The position numbers were made by a program, and so were the translations under genes. Below the pieces are notes generated by a model. It was not told where the DNA came from. It did not search any database and saw nothing but the letters and a program-made list of their open reading frames with translations. This document shows, piece by piece, positions 42,577-45,604 of a stretch of 45,604 bases of DNA (its first letter is position 1; every line of letters starts with the position of its first letter). The stretch covers positions 1 to 45,604 of the forward strand of contig CALCDS010000132.1 in the NCBI GenBank assembly GCA_937900065.1, read 5' to 3'. This DNA is from an uncultured Clostridiaceae bacterium. Lineage in GTDB: Bacteria; Bacillota; Clostridia; Clostridiales; Oxobacteraceae.

Positions 42577-43986
42577 ATGGGTAAGCTCTTAAAATCTTAT
42601 ATTATGCCCCACCCGCCTATAATGGTACATGAAATAGGCAAGGGTGACGAAATTGAGATTGAAAATACCATAAATTCGGCACTGGCTGTTGCAGAAGAAA
42701 TCGAGGATATGAAGCCTCAGACTATAGTCATATTGGTTCCGCCCCACGGGCCTTCGTTCGGCGATGCGATGTCAATAAATACGGATGAAGTGCTTGAAGG
42801 GGATTTCTCAAACTTTGGGGCCCGTGATGTAAAGTTTGAGATAGAAAATGATCTCAAGCTTACAGACATAATAATGGGAAAGTGTGCTCAAAACGGTATT
42901 CCCGTTGCACCGATAGATATAAACATATCTCAAAAATACAGGATACCAAACAAATTGGATCATGGTTCAATGGTGCCTCTATATTTTGTTTCCAAAAAAT
43001 ATACTGATTTTAAGCTCGTTCATATCACATATGGAATGCTCTCGAATGAAGAACTGTATAAATTCGGAAGGTTGGTTCGCGACGCAATCGAGCAAAGCAG
43101 CATAAATGCGGTATACATTGCAAGCGGAGACTTATCGCACAGGTTGAAGCTGGGAGCTCCGGCGGGATTTTCGCCAAGGGGAAAGGAATTTGACGAGAAA
43201 ATAGTTTCGCTTCTTAAAAAGCCCGATGTTGATGGAATAATGGATATGGACACTGAACTCGTAGAGTCGGCCGGAGAATGCGGATACCGCTCCATAATAA
43301 CTGCTATGGGCACGCTGGATGGAGTGGATGTCAATGGAAAAGTATTTTCATATGAAGGCCCGTTTGGAGTCGGCTACTGCATAGCAGGCTACACACCCAT
43401 AGGAAAAAATGAAGGCAAAGATAATTTGAAGCGTTATCTGGATAAGAAAAAGGATAAGCTGGCAGAGCGCAGGAGCCATGAGGATGAGTTCGTAAAGCTG
43501 GCAAGGGAGAGCCTCGAATATTATATAAAAAAAGGAAAGACAATGCCTACGCCTGATGACATACCGGATGATATGAAAAGGAAGGCAGGCGTATTTGTTT
43601 CATTGAAGAAGAACGGACAGCTTAGAGGCTGTATAGGCACGATTGAAGGAGTACAGCAAAACATTGCTGAAGAGATAATTGAAAATGCCATATCTGCGGG
43701 CACAAGGGATCCGAGGTTCTATCCTGTTGAGAAAGATGAGCTCGATGATCTGGTGTATTCTGTGGATGTGCTTGGAAAATCGGAACCTGTTTCATCCAGG
43801 GAAGAACTCGATGCTTCAAAATACGGCGTAATAGTGAGAAGCGATTGGAGATCAGGACTGCTTCTTCCAAATCTTGAGGGCGTTGACACAGTCGATGAAC
43901 AGATAAGCATTGCTTTGAAAAAAGCAGGGATAGACGAGGATGAGGATTATTCAATAGAAAGATTTGAAGTCGTAAGGCATAAATAG
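42577..43986 (+). CDS. fusion protein: N-terminal class-III extradiol dioxygenase-like (LigB/Memo-fold) domain plus C-terminal AMMECR1 domain (AmmeMemoRadiSam system protein A-like)
   Basis: 469 aa. N-terminal half has LigB-type motifs (IMPHPP, DHGSMVPLYF, ASGDLSHRL). C-terminal ~180 aa has the AMMECR1 core (GVFVSLKKNGQLRGCIGT, RDPRF, SGLLLPN). Confidence 0.8.
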   Translation: MGKLLKSYIMPHPPIMVHEIGKGDEIEIENTINSALAVAEEIEDMKPQTIVILVPPHGPSFGDAMSINTDEVLEGDFSNFGARDVKFEIENDLKLTDIIMGKCAQNGIPVAPIDINISQKYRIPNKLDHGSMVPLYFVSKKYTDFKLVHITYGMLSNEELYKFGRLVRDAIEQSSINAVYIASGDLSHRLKLGAPAGFSPRGKEFDEKIVSLLKKPDVDGIMDMDTELVESAGECGYRSIITAMGTLDGVDVNGKVFSYEGPFGVGYCIAGYTPIGKNEGKDNLKRYLDKKKDKLAERRSHEDEFVKLARESLEYYIKKGKTMPTPDDIPDDMKRKAGVFVSLKKNGQLRGCIGTIEGVQQNIAEEIIENAISAGTRDPRFYPVEKDELDDLVYSVDVLGKSEPVSSREELDASKYGVIVRSDWRSGLLLPNLEGVDTVDEQISIALKKAGIDEDEDYSIERFEVVRHK

Positions 43987-43996
43987 GTGGTATCCC

Positions 43997-44983
43997 ATGA
44001 AAGAAGCTATGTATTATAAAAAATTGGATGACAACAGGGTGTTGTGTAATCTCTGCCCTCATAACTGCAATATAAAAGATGGAGGAAAGGGAGTCTGCAG
44101 GGTCAGGGAAAACATATCCGGAGTACTGTATTCATTAAATTATGACAGGATATCGGCCATAGCCATGGACCCGATTGAGAAAAAGCCTCTCTACCACTTT
44201 TATCCGGGTTCATATATACTTTCTGCGGGAAGCGTGGGATGCAACTTTAAATGCAGTTTTTGCCAGAACTATAGCATATCCCAGACTGATGAGGCTGCGG
44301 ATGAGATAACGCCTGAAGACCTCGTATATACGGCGCTTAGCCAGAAAAACAATATAGGCATAGCTTATACCTATAATGAACCTTCAATATGGTATGAGTT
44401 TGTATATGAAGCTTCAAAGCTTGCCAGAGAAAAGGGCCTCAAAAACGTGCTTGTGACCAATGGCTTTATAAGCGAGGAGCCTCTTAAAAAATTGCTTCCA
44501 TTTATAGATGCTTTGAATATAGATGTAAAGGCTTTTACTGAAAAGTATTACAGGGACGTGTGCAAGGGCATGCTTGAGCCTGTCAAAAGGACTGTAATGA
44601 TAGCATCCGAAAAATGCCATGTTGAGGTCACTACCCTTGTGGTAACGGATTTAAACGACAGCATGGATGAGATAGGGCAGATTGCAAAGTGGCTGTCTTC
44701 AATAAATAGGGACATACCTCTTCATCTGTCGAGATACTTTCCGAATTATAAGCTGTACAATGATCCTACACCAGTAAATACATTGATAGCTGCAAAAGAA
44801 GAAGCCGAAAAATATTTGAATTATGTTTACATAGGCAATCTGTGGGGATATGACAGCTCGACCTACTGCCCGAATTGTAAGGCTGCAGTGGTAAAAAGAA
44901 ATGATGAAATTTCAGACAATGGCATTTCAAACGGCAAATGCAGGTTTTGCGGTCAGAAAATATATGGCAGGTTCAATCACTAG
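43997..44983 (+). CDS. AmmeMemoRadiSam-system-type radical SAM enzyme (PFL-activase-like)
   Basis: 328 aa. CNFKCSFCQNY (CX3CX2C) cluster motif, N-terminal CNLCPHNC...C cysteines, C-terminal CPNC...CRFCG ribbon. Starts 10 nt after the preceding stop, with RBS AGGTGG. Confidence 0.85.
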   Translation: MKEAMYYKKLDDNRVLCNLCPHNCNIKDGGKGVCRVRENISGVLYSLNYDRISAIAMDPIEKKPLYHFYPGSYILSAGSVGCNFKCSFCQNYSISQTDEAADEITPEDLVYTALSQKNNIGIAYTYNEPSIWYEFVYEASKLAREKGLKNVLVTNGFISEEPLKKLLPFIDALNIDVKAFTEKYYRDVCKGMLEPVKRTVMIASEKCHVEVTTLVVTDLNDSMDEIGQIAKWLSSINRDIPLHLSRYFPNYKLYNDPTPVNTLIAAKEEAEKYLNYVYIGNLWGYDSSTYCPNCKAAVVKRNDEISDNGISNGKCRFCGQKIYGRFNH

Positions 44984-45092
44984 ATGATAGTTGTGTTTAA
45001 CAATTATATTTTAATGTAGCCTGAATATTAAATGTAACTTTTTGCAGTATCATTAATATAATATAATGAAGTTTTTTTTAGGAGGACATTTG

Positions 45093-45428
45093 ATGATTCC
45101 AGGGTATAGCCAATATATGCCCGCGTATCCATATTCGACATATAGCATGGCAAATCCATCATGCATGTGGTGCCCGTATATGATGCATGGATGGCAGATG
45201 CCCATGTATACACAAACCGATAAGGAGGATGAAAAGGAGAAAGATACCAGGCAGCCTCCATTTATACCGCGGCCCCCGTTTTACGGGCCAAGACCTCCGT
45301 TTATACCGAGGCCCCCGTTTGTGCCTGGACCCTTTGTACCGCCGTATCCGGTTTTGTACCCGTATCCGAGGCCGTATGGGGCTTTGCCGTTTCTGACAGG
45401 ATTGGCATTAGGCGGATTGTTGTTTTAG
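45093..45428 (+). CDS. small Pro/Tyr/Met-rich repeat protein with a hydrophobic C-terminal tail (hypothetical)
   Basis: 111 aa from the ATG 7 nt after GGAGG (ORF-track start 45066 trimmed): MIPGYSQYMPAYPYSTYSMANPSCMWCPYMMHGWQMPMYTQTD, an acidic linker, (PPFIPRPPF)x2, YPVLYPYPRPYG, then ALPFLTGLALGGLLF. Confidence 0.6.
   Translation: MIPGYSQYMPAYPYSTYSMANPSCMWCPYMMHGWQMPMYTQTDKEDEKEKDTRQPPFIPRPPFYGPRPPFIPRPPFVPGPFVPPYPVLYPYPRPYGALPFLTGLALGGLLF
45255..45332 (+). repeat. in-frame tandem 39-nt repeat (2 units) inside the Pro-rich gene
   Basis: cctccatttataccgcggcccccgttttacgggccaaga / cctccgtttataccgaggcccccgtttgtgcctggaccc. The first 27 nt differ at 2 positions. Confidence 0.85.
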
Positions 45429-45456
45429 ATTTACAGACCCTCAACCAGCCAGTATC

Positions 45457-45504
45457 ATATGTTTAAGGGAATTGTTTAATATGAAACAATTCCCTTAAAC
45501 ATAT
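45457..45504. terminator. perfect 21-bp palindromic hairpin (likely bidirectional terminator)
   Basis: atatgtttaagggaattgttt-aatatg-aaacaattcccttaaacatat. No clear U-tract. Lies between the Pro-rich gene and what may be the 3' end of a convergent minus-strand gene. Confidence 0.5.
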
Positions 45505-45604
45505 CTTATGAAAAGCCTGGGCAACATTGCCAACCTGATGCAGAACATATCAATATATCTTTTCAATATCGATTCCAGTGTAATATGTATTTAAGATATC
45601 CTTG

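Overview
45.6-kb chromosomal segment of a low-GC Firmicute. It looks like a spore-forming member of the Clostridia (sigH and cwlD are present); I cannot name the species. Every supported gene lies on the + strand. The window is essentially the whole ribosomal/transcription-translation supercluster: rlmB-yacP-sigH, tRNA-Gly/tRNA-Thr-tuf (copy 1), rpmG-secE-nusG-rplKAJL, rpoBC, L7Ae-like-rpsL-rpsG-fusA-tuf (copy 2), the S10/spc/alpha operons (rpsJ to rplQ, with secY, adk, infA, rpmJ, rpoA), ecfA1-ecfA2-ecfT-truA, rplM-rpsI and cwlD. Only the last ~3 kb is accessory. It holds a variant AmmeMemoRadiSam-type cassette (a LigB-like::AMMECR1 fusion protein plus a radical SAM enzyme) followed by a small Pro/Tyr/Met-rich repeat protein. 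Several observations are not explained by the gene list. (1) Short intergenic repeats occur in the same orientation: two related families of three copies each, plus a conserved-arm hairpin element present twice in opposite orientation. (2) The methionine aminopeptidase gene normally found between adk and infA is a decayed pseudogene. (3) The two tuf copies are identical over 1285 bp with sharp boundaries. (4) The rpsL-rpsG spacer is 272 nt long, GC-rich and structured. (5) Several other operon junctions carry unusually long structured spacers. (6) RpoB has an 87-aa acidic C-terminal tail. Several ORF-track starts were trimmed to the start codon with a proper Shine-Dalgarno sequence. Three genes absent from or mis-started in the track were added by eye (rpmG, rpmJ, type-Z S14). 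No CRISPR array, transposase, integrase or rRNA gene was seen.
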